A stretch of DNA of 64,000 nucleotides, taken from assembly GCA_030390025.1 (NCBI GenBank), contig JASTWF010000034.1, forward strand, positions 2,108,001-2,172,000, written 5' to 3'. The notes below the pieces were generated by a model. The model made no database searches. It saw only the letters and a program-made list of their open reading frames with translations, and was not told the origin of the DNA. The translations under genes were made by a program, and so were the position numbers. Origin of the DNA: Squalus acanthias (Eukaryota). Within the stretch, counting starts at the first letter, position 1. The number at the start of each line of letters is the position of its first letter. Shown here piece by piece: positions 47,640 to 61,200 of this stretch.

Positions 47640-49552
47640 TTAACACTCTTATATACCTCACACACCTCATTAACACTCTGATATACCCCATCATTTAATC
47701 CCCTCTCATATTTCAAACCTCTCACTGTAACAGACCGATATACCCCACTCACATCCCTTTAACACTCTGATATACCTCACACCATTCACTTAAATTCTCT
47801 TACATATCCCAAACCTCTCACTGCAACAGGTCGATATAGCCAACTCACCTCCCTTTAACACTCTGATATAACCCACACCCCTCGCTGTAACAATTTGTTA
47901 TTCCCCACACCCCTCACTTCAATGGTCTGATGTACCCCACACCCATCACTGTAATAATCTGATATACCCCACACCCCTCACTATAACACTCTGATATAAA
48001 CCACACCCCTCACTGTAACACTCTGATATACCCCACACTCCTGATTATAACACTCTCTTACATACCCCAAGGAAGGCAAATGGAATGCTGGCCTTCATTA
48101 CAAGAGGATTTGAGTACAGGAGTAAACAGGTCTTAATCCCTTGATATAGGACCTTGGTGAGACCACACCTGGAGTACTGTGTACAATTTCGGCCTCCTTA
48201 CCTAAGGAAGGATATACTTGCCATAGAGGGAGTGCAACGAAGGTTCACGAGATTGATTCCTGGGAAGGCGGGACTGTCATATGAGAAGAGATTGAGTGAA
48301 CTAGGCCTGTATTCTCTTCAAATCAGAAGAATGACTGAGGATCTCATTGAAGCATGAAAAAATATTACAGGGCTTGATAAGTTGGAAGCTGGGAGAATGT
48401 TTCTCTTGGCTGGGGAGTCTAGAACCAGGGGCCACAGACTTATGATAAAGGGTAGGCCATTCACGACTAAGATGAGAAGCATAGAAACATAGAAGCTAGG
48501 AGCAGGTTTAGGCCGTTCGGCCCCTCGAGCCTGCTCCATCATTCAATGCGATCATGGCTGATGATCCAAATTCAGTACCCTGTCCCTGCTTTCTCCCCAT
48601 ATCCCTTGATCCCCTTAGCCTTAAGAAATATATCTAACTCTAATAAAGACATTTCTTCACACAGAGGGTGGTGAATCTTTGGAATTATCTACCCCAGAGG
48701 GCTGTGGAAATCAGTCATTGGGAATATTCAAAACAGAAGTCGATAGATTTCTGACGAGTAAGGGCATCAAGGGATATCGAGATAAGGCCGGTGAAAGGAA
48801 TTGAGGCAGAAAATCAGCCATGATCTCATTGAATGGCGGAGCAGGCTCAAGGGGCCGAATGGCCTACTCCTGCTCCTATTTCTTACATTCTTATGTTCTT
48901 AAACCTCTCAGTGTAACACACCGTTTTACCCCACGCCCTTCGCTGTAACACTCTCTGATATACTCCATAACCCTCGCTGTAACACTATGATATACCCAAC
49001 ACCCCTCACTGTAACACTCTCTGATATACTCCACGCCCCTCACTGTAACACTCTCTGATATACTCCATACCCCTCACTGTAACACTCTGATATACCCAAC
49101 ACACCTCACTGTAACACTCTCTGATATACCCCATACCCCTCGCTGTAACACTCTGATATACCCAACACCCCTCACTGTAACACTCTCTGATATACTCCAT
49201 GCCCCTCACTGTAACACTCTCTGATATACTCCATACCCCTCACTGTAACACTCTGATATACCCACACCCCTGATTGTAACACTCTGTTATACACCACTGC
49301 TCTCACTATAACACTCTGTTATACCCAACACCGCTCATTGTATTACTGTGATGTACCCCACACTCCTCACTATAGCACTCTGTTATGCACCACACCCCAT
49401 GTATAAACCTGATGTACCCCACACCCCTCACTGTAGCACTTTGATGTAAACCCACTCCCCTGACTATAACACTCTGATATACCCCACACATCCCTTACTG
49501 TAGCACACTGATATACATCACACACCTCTCTGTACCACTCTGATATACCCCT
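47640..49552 (-). repeat. 32-34-bp variants of the CCCCACACCCCTCACTGTAACACTCTGATATA minisatellite, interrupted by CR1 (48070-48900)
   Basis: Reverse-complement relative of the 770-1368 array. Confidence 0.88.
48070..48900 (+). mobile_element. CR1 3' fragment containing an antisense CR1 tail (48480-48641)
   Basis: ORF 48154..48357 (VRPHLEYCVQF); the insert closely matches 15553-15710. Confidence 0.88.
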
Positions 49553-49554
49553 TC

Positions 49555-52390
49555 ACTCTATGTTAATAAAGAAAGAAATCACTGTAATACAGAAAAATGA
49601 TGTTGGATCAAAAGATCAGGATAATGAAACTGTTTGGGTGGAGTTAAGGAATAATAAGGGGAAAAAACACTAGTGGGCGTAGTCTATAGGCCTCCGAACA
49701 GTTGCAACTCTGTTTGACGGAGTATCAATCAGGAAATAGTTGAGGCTTGTAATAAAAGAACATATATAATTATGGGGGATTTTAACTATCATATTAATTG
49801 GACAAATCAAATTGGGCAGGGCTGCCTTGAGGATGAGTTCATTGAGTGTATTAGGGATGGGTTTCTTGAGCAGTATGTAACTGAACCGACCAGGGGGCAA
49901 GCAAACTTAGATCTGGTCCTGTGTAACGAGACAGGATTAATTAAAAATGTCCGAGTAAAGAATCCCCTTGGAATGAGTGACCATAACATGGTTGAATTCC
50001 ATATTCAATTAGAGGGTGAGAAGGTTGGATCTCAAACAAGCGTGCTAAGCTTGAATAAAGGCGACTATGAAGGTATGCGAGTGGAATTGAGTAGAGTGGA
50101 TTGGGTAAATAGATTAAAGGGTAAGACGATACATGATCAGTGGTGTACATTTAAGGAGTTATTTTACAACTTCCAAAAAATATATATTCCACTGAGAAGA
50201 AAAGGGTGTAAAAGAAAAGACAGTCATCCGTGGCTAAGTAAAGAAATTAAGGATAGTATTCGACTAAAAACAAGGGCTTATAAGGTAGCCAAATCTAGTG
50301 GGAGGATAGAGGATTGGGAAAACTTTAAAAGACAGCAAAAAATAACAAAAAGATTGATTAAGAAAGGGAAGATAGATTATGAAAGTAAATTAGCAAAAAA
50401 TATAAAAACAGAAAGTAAGAGTTTTTATAGTTATATAAAATAAAAAAGGGTGGCTAAAGTAAATGTTGGTCCATTAGAGGATGAGACCGGGAAATTAATG
50501 GTGGGAAATATGGAGGTGGCAAATCCACTGAATATTTTGTATCAGTCTTTACAGTAGAGGATCCTAAGAATATCCCAACACTGGACAAACAGGGGGCTAG
50601 GGGGGGGGAGGAGCTAAACACGATCAAAATCACTAAGGAAGTGGTACTCGGTAAAATAATGGGACTCAAGGCGGATAAATAACCTGGGCCTGATGGCTTA
50701 CATCCTAGGGTCTTGAGGGAAGTGGCGGTAGGGATTGTGGATGCATTGGTAATAATTTTCCCAAACTCCCTGGACTCAGCAAAGATCCCGGCAGACTGGA
50801 AAACTGCTAATGTAACACCCTTATTTAAAAAGGGCAGTAGACAGAAGGCTGGAAACTATAGACCGGTTAGCCTAACATCTGTGGTAGGTAAAATTTTAGA
50901 GTCCATTCTTAAGGAGACAGTAACAGGACATTTGGATAATCATAATTTAATAGGACAAAGTCAGCATGGTTTTATGAAGGGGAAGTCATGTTTGACAAAT
51001 TTGCTGGAGTTCTTTGAGGATTGAACATACAGGGTGAATAAAGGGGAACCAGTGGATGTGGTGTATTTAGACTTCCAAAAGGCATTTGACAAAGTGCCAC
51101 ACAAAAGATTATTGCTTAAGGTAAAAAATCACAGGATTGGGGGTAATATTCTGGCATGGATAGAGGATTGGCTATCTAACCGAAGGCAGAGAGTTGGGAT
51201 AAATGGTTCATTCTCAGACTGGCAATCAGTAACTAGTGGTGTTCCGCAGGGGTCAGTGCTGGGTCCCCAACTCTTTACAATCTATATTAACGATATGGAG
51301 GAGGGGCCGAGTGTAACATATCAAAGTTTGCAGATGATACTAAGATGGGAGGGAAAGTAGTGAGTGAGGAGGACATAAAATATCTGCAAGGGGACATCGA
51401 CAGGATAAGTAAGTGGGCAGAGATTTGGCAGATGGAATACAATACTGGAAAGTGTGAGGTTGTGCACTTTGGCAGGAAAAATAGTCGAGCAAGTTATTAT
51501 CTTAATGGCAAGAAACTGGAAAGTACTGAAGTACAAAGATATCTGGGGGTCCTGGTGCACGAAACTCAAAAGGTTAGTATGCAGGTGCAGCAAGTGATTA
51601 AGAAGGCCAATGGAATGTTGCCATTCATTGCTAGGGGGATAGAATATAAAAATAGAGAGGTATTGCTTCAGTTGTACAAGGTATTGGTGAGACCGCACCT
51701 GGAATACTGGATACAGTTTTGGTGTCCATACTTAAGAAAAGACATACTTGCTCTCGAGTCAGTACAAAGATGGTTCACTCGGTTTATCCCGGGGATGAGG
51801 GGATGGACATATGAGGAGAGGTTGGGTAGATTGGGACTCTACTCATTGGAGTTCAGAAGAATGAGAGGCGATCTTATTGAAACATATAAGATTGTGAAGG
51901 GGTTGGATTGGGTGGATGCGGGGAGGATGTTCCCGATGATGGGTGAAACTAGAACTAGGGGGCATAGTCTTCGAATAAGGGGCTGCTCTTTCAAAACTGA
52001 GATGAGAAGGAACTCCTTCACTCAGAGGGTGGTAGGTCCATGGAATATGCTGCCCCAAAAAGCTGTAGAAGCTACATCATTACATAAATTTAAAACAGAA
52101 ATAGATAGTTTCCTCGAAGTAAAGGGAATTAAGGGTTACGGGGAGGGGGAAGGAATTTGGACATGAGTCTAGGTTCGGATCGGTTCTGGCCCTGTGGGTA
52201 GCGTAGCGGCCCAGGGGCCGTGTAGCCTGATCCTGCTCCTATTGCGTGTGTCCAATTCTGTTATGTTCAGGCGATGGCTCTGTGATAGTAGATTAGCGGT
52301 TAGGATCAGATCAGCCATGATCGCATTGAATGGCGGAGCAGGCTCGAGGGGACAATAGGCCTACTCCGGCTCCTATTTCTTATGTTCTTT
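49555..52390 (+). mobile_element. CR1 LINE ORF2 (5'-truncated within APE) and 3' UTR
   Basis: ORFs 49772..50443 (MGDFN, LDLV, SDH), 50713..51024, 51034..51360 and 51345..52166; tail TTCTTATGTTCTT. Confidence 0.95.
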
Positions 52391-53360
52391 AATCCTCTCT
52401 TACATATTCCAAACCTCTTACTGTAATGCTCTAATATACCGCACACCCCTCACTGTATCACTTTGATATACGCAAAAACATCAATGTTACACTATGATAT
52501 ACCTCACACCCCTCACTGTAACACTATGATATACCCCAAACACCTCAGTGCAACATGTTGGTATTCCCCACACCCCTCACTGTAACACTGATATACCCCA
52601 CACCCCTCACTGTAACACTGATATACCCCACACCCCTCACTGTAACACTGATATACCCCACACCCCTCACTGTAACACTGATATACCCCACACCCCTCAC
52701 GGTAACACCGATATACCCCACACCCCTCACTGTAACACTGATATACCCCACACCCCTCACTGTAACACTGATATACCCCACACCCCTCAGTGTAACACTG
52801 ATATACGCCACACCCCTCACGGTAACACTGATATACCCGACACCCCTCACTGTAACACTGATATACCCCACACCCCTCACGGTAACACTGATATACCCCA
52901 AACACCATCAATGTAACACTATGATATACCCCACACCCCTCACGGTAACACTGTGAAATACACCACACCCCTCAACGTAACTCTCTGATATACCCCACAT
53001 TCCTCGCTGCAACATGCTGATAAACCCCACACCCCTCACTGTAGCACTCTGATAATCCCCACACCCTCCCTGTAACACTCTGATAAACCCCATACCCCTC
53101 ACTGTAACACTGTGATATACCCCACACCCCTCACTGTAACTCTCTGATATACCCCACACACCTCACTGTAACACACTGATAAACACCGCACCCCTCACTG
53201 TAACACTGTGATATACCCCACACCCCTCACTGTAACTCTCTGATATACCCCACACACCTCCGTACAACACGCTGATAAACCCAGCGCCCCTCATTGTAAC
53301 ACTCTGATACAGCCCTCAATGTAATTCTCTCTTACATACTGATATACCCCACACCACTAA
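52390..53360 (-). repeat. 30-bp minisatellite, reverse complement of 770-1368 (pure core 52560-52900)
   Basis: ATATACCCCACACCCCTCACTGTAACACTG tandem units. Confidence 0.96.
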
Positions 53361-53619
53361 CTGTTGTCACTGCCACTTTATTCCCATGGGCTTCAATTTT
53401 GGTAATATCTGATCCTTTATTAAGCACCTTTTTTAATGATTGGGAAATTGGGAAAGTGTGAGTAGTATCATTCATACAACGATAGAATTGGAGATCCAAG
53501 TGTTGTTGACAATTTGTTTATCGTACTTGACGCCCCGCTCTGATCACAGGCCTCATCTGGTTTCAATCAATGAATTAAAAAATCATTGATTTTAATCCTA
53601 TTTTATTATTTCGATGTGT

Positions 53620-53812
53620 TTGTTCTCAGGCTAGGGGTGACGCTGTCAAGGTTGGTATCACTTGCCCATCCCTAGTTACCCATGTGAAAATGGTGGGCAT
53701 TCATCTTGAGCCGCTGCAGTCCGTGTGGTGAAGGTGCTCCCACAATACTGTTACAGAAGGATTTTCAAGCTTTTGACCTAGTGACGATGAAAGAACGGCG
53801 ATATATTTGAAG
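53620..53812 (-). mobile_element. Old CR1/L2-like LINE 3' end
   Basis: Similar to 12405-12615 and 63514-63720. Confidence 0.7.
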
Positions 53813-54263
53813 AGTCGCCATCTTTGTGCGGAGCTCCAGAGCTGCCATCTTTGTGCTGGGCCCCAGAGCCGCAATCTTTGTTCGCAGGCCCAGAGCTGCC
53901 ATCTTTGTGCAGGGCCCCAGAGCCGCCATATTTGTGCTGGGCCCCGGAGCCGCCATTTTTGGGCGGGGACCCAGAGCTGCCATCTTGGTGCGGGGACCCA
54001 GAGCCGCCATATTTGTGCTGGGCCCCGGAGCCGCCATTTTTGGGCGGGAACCCAGAGCTGCCATCTTTGTGCGGGGCCCCAGAGCCGCCATCTTTGTGCG
54101 GGGCCGCGGAGCCTACATCTTTGTGCGGGGCCCCGGAGCCGCCATCTTTGTGCGGGGCCGCGGAGCCGCCATCTTTGTGCTGCCCTCCGGAGCCGCTATC
54201 TTTGGGCGGAGCCCGAGAGCCGCCATCTTTGTGCGGGGCCCCAGAGCCGCCATTTTTGTGTGG
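53812..54263 (+). repeat. 27-bp GC-rich minisatellite (GAGCCGCCATCTTTGTGCGGGGCCCCA)n, ~17 copies
   Basis: Tandem units visible; 9-aa periodicity in all overlapping ORFs. Confidence 0.95.
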
Positions 54264-54325
54264 GGCACCACAATATCAGGCTCAGGCAACTGTCAACTCT
54301 TGGTCTGCAAAGTCTCCGCTTCTTC

Positions 54326-55227
54326 TCATTCTTTAATGAATTTTACAATCAGAGTAAAGGGATATTTCCCCACATTCTTCAACTGCTGTCTAAACTTAGT
54401 CTGGGTCACGGCGTAAATCCCAGTGTTTGTGCAGCAACTCAGCAGTTGCAGCATGAATCCCAGTTCCTGTACATAGTACGGTAGATTTACAGAATAATAC
54501 CCCAACCACCCCATCCGTCTCCATATAGAATTCACCATAAACACTGCCCATAACAGGATGAAATTGCTGGAGATAACAAGCAGTAAAATGATGGATTTCC
54601 TGCGGCTCTCCATCTCTGGGTCTCTGGCACTCTCGCCACTGCTGGGACCCCGGAGTCTCCTGCGGGCTCTGCTGGCCACTAAAATGTGTCTGACGATGAC
54701 AGCATTGAGCAGCAGAATCACCACAAATGGGACCCCTGGGGTGAGAATATAATGAAGGAGCTCGATTGTTCCCCAGACCCATGAATACAGAACATCATTT
54801 GTGACATCACAAAACCAGGGGCTGTTCCCAAGCGTATACCCACCTGTGAACATAAAATACCAGAAGATGTTCTTTAAACCGCTCAGCACAGTCACTGTTC
54901 CCAGAACCACAGCCGCCGTTTTCTCGGTGCAATATTTAGTTTTCAGCTTCTGGCAACAAATGGCCACAAATCGATCAAAGGTGAAAGTGACGGTGAACCA
55001 GACAGAACAGTCTGTGGCTGTGAACAGCAGGACGGCGTGGATATTACACACGCGGATGGGCAGCACGAAATAAAACTGTTCCCTATAAACAATCGGAATG
55101 TGCCTCAATATCAGGTCGAGGATAACAACCAGTAGATCCGCCGTTGCCATGGCCACCAGGTAGCGAGTGACACATTTGGATAGTCCACACTTTCCCCGAG
55201 ACAGGATCACAATCGTCACTAAGTTCA
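54326..55227 (-). CDS. Main coding exon of a GPR139/GPR142-like class A GPCR (end of TM1 to C-terminus); first exon not found in this window
   Basis: Open 300-codon frame after acceptor CCCTTCCTCACAG: NLVTIVILSRGKCGLS..YLVAMATADLLV..DCSVWFTVTFTFDRFVAIC..KYCTEKTA..RRKSIILL..LLSCCTNTGIYAVTQTKFR. Six full hydrophobic helices, DRF motif and NxxxY equivalent. Confidence 0.9.
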
Positions 55228-56502
55228 CTGTGAGGAAGGGAAATAAACAGGGAAATTATTCATCAGGCTGGGAGCAAAAGCAGCAGTTTGAGGGAATTCG
55301 GGGTGAAATCTGCAACTCATTACCGACATTGAATGATATAATCTAATCCTATTACCTGTGGAGCTGAATACAGGGCTTAGTGTAAGAATAATCGGGAATA
55401 CATTGTGGAATCAATAAATGAAATGGGAATAAATACAATATGAAAGTAACAGATGTTTGATCAAGGAGAGATTAAATGATCAATCTCAATTTAGCCCAGC
55501 AGACAAAAGCACCGCCCGAGGTACCAGGGACACAAAGGACCAGACCCTCTCAGGAAGCCTTCGTGTCCCTGGACCAGTCAGCATTTGGAGCGGTGAAGTT
55601 CGCTTCTGTGCCCCTGTGTTAGGGAGGTGGAAATCCCGCTTGGATTCCTGCTCTTGGTCAGAATATCCATTCTATTTAGAACTGAAAATGAATGCAACAG
55701 CAAAATACAGAAACTGCAACCTTGGCATGCAACAATCACAGGCAATTGTATGTAAAATGTACGGATGTAATACGACAATGCTAAGATAATAAATACAAGT
55801 GCACTGCAGTTATAAAGATAACTGAACTGTCAGATATGTTTTGAAGATTGAGATTTCTGCATTTTTGTTGAAATACACAAATTCTAGCTTATGGAAAGAA
55901 AGATTTGCCAAGTAACATTGCAAATAATGGACTCTGAACTAAAGTAAATAGTGATGATTGACCAGGTAATGTCCCACTAAATGCATTTTTCGGCATCGAA
56001 ATCAGACGACTTAACCCACAGGCAAAGTGCCGCCAAATGCTGTTGTAAAGTATCTGAACACAAATGGAAGAGATTTATCCTTGTACTTTTTCACCTGTTG
56101 TTTCCAACCTGTGCAGAGAATATTAGACGAGAAGGTATCAAAGGATTTTCTTATCCTCAGTACTTCAGTTACAATCAGCTGGGATTGTTTATCCTGAAGT
56201 ACAGCAGGAGGCAATAGAGAATCACTCTGGGTCTCACTGAGAGATCCACTGAACTGTGACAGACGGGCATGGGATGCAATTGTAAATTCAAAACAATGAT
56301 CAGAAAGAAATGTATTGAAATCTGGCTGAATTAACGTTTTGTGAGAATGTAATTTATCCGTTTAATCCTACTTTAACCATCAGAAGCAGTGCCAATAATG
56401 CAGAACTGGAGAGGGTGGGAAAGGAGACACTGACTGGAACTGAATGATTAGCGGATACTTCAGACATTTAAAGATGTGTAAGTAACCATACCGAGCATTA
56501 GG

Positions 56503-56640
56503 TGAAAACAAAAGCAAAATACTGCGGATACTGGAAATCTGAAATGAAAACAGAAAATGATGGAAATACTCAGCGGGTCAGACAGCATCTGTGGAGAGAG
56601 AGAGAGACAGAGTTAACGTTTCAGGACGATGGCCTTTCGC
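56503..56640 (-). mobile_element. Short 3' fragment of a different Penelope-like or non-autonomous repeat
   Basis: The minus strand reads ..CCTGAAACGTTAACTCTG..CCACAGATGCTG..CTGAGTATTTCCA..ATTTCAGATTTCCAG..CCGCAGTATTTTGC; GAAACGTT resembles the 3' half of a hammerhead. Family assignment is from recall. Confidence 0.5.
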
Positions 56641-56864
56641 CATTAGGTGAAAAGTCTCCTAAACCAAGACAGCATTCTTCTGACCTGATACAAATGTTCA
56701 GTGTCGGTAGCAGACTGAAATTCGTTCAATAAAGAGGCACCACCAATAAATTTACTTGAGTTGAACATTTGAATCTTGGTAACACGAAATCAGCTTCACA
56801 ATCAATAGCTGACAGCAGCGTGGATGGGATGGGGAACGACAGAGAGAGAAACACAGATAATCAT

Positions 56865-58200
56865 GGGGGGAAAAGTGGGTTGGTCAGCACCTCCCCTGAG
56901 CACCTTCGGGGGAGGAGGGGTAACGGGGCGATAGGAGCTTAGCGCCCAAGCGCTGCTATTTTAGCGCCGCTCACAAAATTAACCAGTCATTTTGCGCTGG
57001 CACTAAACACTGCCGCCACGATCTCCTGCGCCTGCAGATCGTGACATCAGTCGAGCGTGCAATGCCCTGGTAGCGCCCCGGACTGAAAATTGAGTCGCGT
57101 GCCCTGCCTTAGCCCCTGCCGCTAGGAACGACACGTAGATGGGGAATGTTTTCACGTCAGGAAGGGGCTGGGGGAGCGCTATTTAAAGGCGGTTGCCTCC
57201 TGCCGTTTCTTTTTGGCGAAATTTTTGTTACATTCAGGTTGAGAGACGTCGAGAGAGATTCGACGCTCACAGAAGGAGTTTTGGGTCCTGAGCACCAATT
57301 TGGAGGTTTATTTTTATTTCACCTTCCTTCTAACGATATTAAGAAGCTTCGATGGGGGCTGCACTAACTTGGGGCGTCGACGTCCAGCTTCACCTTCGGA
57401 GGCAGCAGAGGCGCAGAGAGAGAGAGAGTGGCAAACGCGACCAGAGGGTGTGTGACCACTGACAGCTCATACTCGCCGTTAATGCCCGCTATCCTGGCAG
57501 CAGCGACATCTTCCAACCAACGTGTCAACCTAGTGGATGGCTCCTCGGAGACAAGGGTTATCCACTCTGCGTCTGGCTGATGACACCGATCCATAACCCC
57601 AACACCCCTGTCGAACTGCAATACAATGAGAGCCATAGCGCCACCAGGAACATGATAGAGCAGGTGTTCGGCGTCTTGAAACAACGGTTCCGCTTTTTGA
57701 TCACTCAGGAGGAGCCCTGCAATACTCTCCCGAGCGAGTCTCCCTCTTGATTGTTGTGTGCTGCATGCTTTATAACATTGCAGTCATGAGGACCCAGCCA
57801 TTGCCACTAGGGATTGTTGCACCACCTGAGGAGGAGGAGGAAGGGTGAGAGGAGGAGGAGGATGAGTAGCAGGAGGATGAAGAGGAGAATCAGCAGCACC
57901 AACGTGGGAGGGAGGTGTACAATGTTGCCACTGAAAGGGCCGTCCGTGAACGGCTCATAAGACACCGATTCTAACCCCTTACTGAGAAGATGGCTTCTGT
58001 GATGAAGAAGCACATCATTGAAAGCATCCCGCACCCCCTATTGCTGGACAAAGCTGCAATGAGTCAAATCAGAAAAGATGTAAAGTAACAATTAAAAAAA
58101 TTAGTTGTGTTAGCAACTCTGTGTCATTTATTCAGGACAAACAAATTGAAACAAACACAACAATTCATGAACTAACAAAACTCGTTCTCACAACATGGAG
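56865..58200 (+). mobile_element. PIF/Harbinger DNA transposon remnant with internally deleted HARBI1-like DDE nuclease (~57350-57975)
   Basis: Manual translation gives VNARYPGSS..GWLLGDKGYPL..WLMTP..YNESHSATRNMIEQVFGVLKQRFR..HSGGALQYSPERVS..IVVCCMLYNIA, then an acidic tail. Element ends are uncertain. Confidence 0.85.
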
Positions 58201-58214
58201 ATGAGCGGGAAAAC

Positions 58215-61200
58215 TGTCAACAAATAGATGAATAGCCATTACTGTGTGCAGCCATGTGTTTGGCAGAGGTACCAATCATAGTTGAATAGCCATTACTGTG
58301 TGCAGCCATGTGTTTGGCTGAGGTGCCTACGATAGTTGAATAGCCATTACTGTGTTCAGCCATGCGTTTGGCAGAGGTGCCTATCATAGTTGAATAGCCA
58401 TTACTGTGTGCAGCCATGTGTTTGGCAGAGGTGCCTACCATAGTTGAATAGCCATTACTGTGTGCAGACATGTGTTTGGCAGATGTGCCTATCATAGTTG
58501 AATAGCCATTACTGTGTGCAGACATGTGTTTGGCAGAGGTGCCTACCATAGTTGAATAGCCATTACTGTGTGCAGCCATATGTTTGGCAGAGGTGCCTAC
58601 CATAGTTGAATAGCCATTACTGTGTGCAGCCATGTGTTTGGCAGAGGTACCTACCATAGTTGAATAGCCATTACTGTGTGCAGCCATGTGTTTGGCAGAG
58701 GTGTCTACCATAGTTCAGGGATGTAATTACTCCAAAGCATGAAGATAGATGGGTGATGGTGAGAGGGGCTAGGAGGAAGCAGTCAGTGCAGGGATCCTCT
58801 GTGATCGTTCCCCTCAGTAACAGGTATACCGCTTTGAATACTGTTGAGGGGGACGACTTACCAGTGGTAAGCCACGGTGACCGGATCTCCGGCGCTGGGT
58901 CGGTCCCTGTGGCTCAGAAGGGAAGGGGGGAGAGCAGGAGAGCAATAGTTATTGGGGACTCAATAGTCAGAGGGACAGATAGGAGGTTCTGTGGCAGCAA
59001 AAGAGACTCACGGATGGTATGTTGCCTCCCGGGTGCCAGGGTCCGTGACGTCTCGGACCGTGTTTTCAGAATCCTCAAAGGGGAAGGGGAACAATCACAA
59101 GTCGTGGTACACATCGGTACCAACGACATTGGTAGGAGAAGGGACGGGGATTTAAAACAGGAATTTAGGGAGCTAGGTTGGAAGCTGAGAGCCAGTACAA
59201 ACCATGTTGTAATTTCTGGTTTATTGCCGGTGCCACGTGCTAGCGAGTTGAGGAACAGGGAGAGAGTGCAGATAAACACGTGGCTGCAGGGATGGTGTAG
59301 GGGGGAGGGTTTCAGTTATGTGGATAATTGGAGCACATTCTGGGGAAGGTGGGACCTGTACAAACAGGACGGTTTGCACCTGAACCAGAGGGGCACCAAT
59401 ATCCTGGGAGGGAAATTTGCTACGGCTCTTCGGGGGGTTTAAACTAATTTGTCAGGGGGATGGGAAAAAGGGCTGTAGTCCACGAGCCAGTGGTGAGTGT
59501 AGGGAGGTACTGAGGAGGGTATCAAGGTCGCAGGAATGTACTGGCAGACAGGAAGATGGCTTGAAGTGTGTCTACTTCAATGCAAGGAGCATCCGGAATA
59601 AGGTAGGAGAACTTGGAGCGTAGATTGGTACTTGGGACTATGATGTGGTGGCCATTATGGAGACATGGTTAGAACAGGGACAGGAATGGTTGTTGGAAGT
59701 TCCGGGGTATAGATGTTTCAGTAAGAGTAGGGAAGTTGGTAAGAAAGGTGGAGGAGTAGCATTGTTAATCAAGGATAGTTTAACAGCGGCAGAAAGGCAG
59801 TTCGAGGGGGATCTGCCGTCTGAGGTAATATGGGCTGAAGTTAGAAATAGGAAAGGAGCAGTCACGTTGTTAGGAGTTTTCTACAGGCCCCCAAATAGTA
59901 ATAAAGATGTGGAGGAAGAAATTGCAAAGCAGATTATGAATAGGTGTGGAGGTCACAGAGTAGTTGTCATGGGTGACTTCAACTTTCCAAATATTGATTG
60001 GAACCTTTATAGGTCAAACAGTTCGGATGGGATATTTTTTGCACAGTGTGTGCAGGAGGGTTTCCTGACACAATATGTGGATAGGCCGACAAGAGGTGGG
60101 GCTACGTTGGATTTGGTACTGGGTAATGAACCGGGCCAAGTGTTTGATTTGTCTGTGGGAGAGCACTTTGGAGATAGTGACCACAATTCGGTAACTTTCA
60201 CTATTGCAATGGAGAGGGATAGGGCCATACGGCAGGGCAGGGTTTATAATTGGGGGAGGGGTAATTATGATGCGATTAGGCAAGAATTAGGGAGCATAAG
60301 ATGGGAACAGAAACTATCAGGGAAAGGCACAAACGAAAAGTGGAGCTTTTTCATGGAGCAATTACTGCGTGTCCTTGATAGGTATGTCCCTGTCAGGCAG
60401 GGAGGAAATGGCCGAGTGAGAGAACCATGGTTCACAAAAGAGGTTGAATGTCTAGTCAAGAGGAAAAAGGAAGCGTATGTAAGGATGAGAAAACAAGGTT
60501 CAGTTGGGTCGATTGAGGGGTACAAGGTAGCAAGGAATGAGCTAAAAAAAGAGCTTAGGAGAGCTAGGAGGGGGCATGAGAAGTCCTTGGCGGGTCGGAT
60601 CAAGAAAAACCCCAAGGCTTTTTACTCTTATGTGAGAAATAAAAGAATGACCAGGGTGAGGGTAGGGCCGGTCAAGGACAGTAGTGGGAACTTGTGCATG
60701 GAGTCAGAAGAGATAGGAGAGGTGATGAATGAATACTTTTCGTCAGTGTTCACCGAGGAGAGGGGCCATGTTCTTGAGGATGAGAGTGTGATAAAGGTGG
60801 ATAGGCTGGAGGTGGTAGATGTTCTGAGGGAAGATGTTTTAGCAATTTTGAAGAACCTGAGGGTCGATAGGTCCCCTGGGCCAGATGGGATATATCCTAG
60901 GATTCTTTGGGAGGCAAGGGAGGAGATTGCAGAGCCTCTGGCTTTGATCTTTGGGTCCTCACTGTCCACGGGGATGGTGCCAGAGGACTGGAGAGTGGCG
61001 AATGTTGTTCCTCTCTTCAAGAAAGGAAATAGGAATGACCCTGGTAATTATAGGCCGGTTAGTCTTACTTCGGTGGTTGGTAAGATAATGGAAAAGGTCC
61101 TGAGGGATAGGATTTATGACCACTTGGAAAGGGGCAACTTAATCAGGGATAGTCAACACGGATTCGTGAAGGGTAAGTCTTGCCTAACAAATTTGATTGA

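Noticed and set aside
53765..54484. Several overlapping ORFs of 108-225 aa with 9-aa periodicity
   Set aside because: Produced by the 27-bp minisatellite plus the antisense strand of the GPCR exon.
55226..55228. Start codon of the 300-aa GPCR ORF
   Set aside because: The GTG overlaps the splice acceptor (CACAG|TG); the true start should be in an upstream exon.
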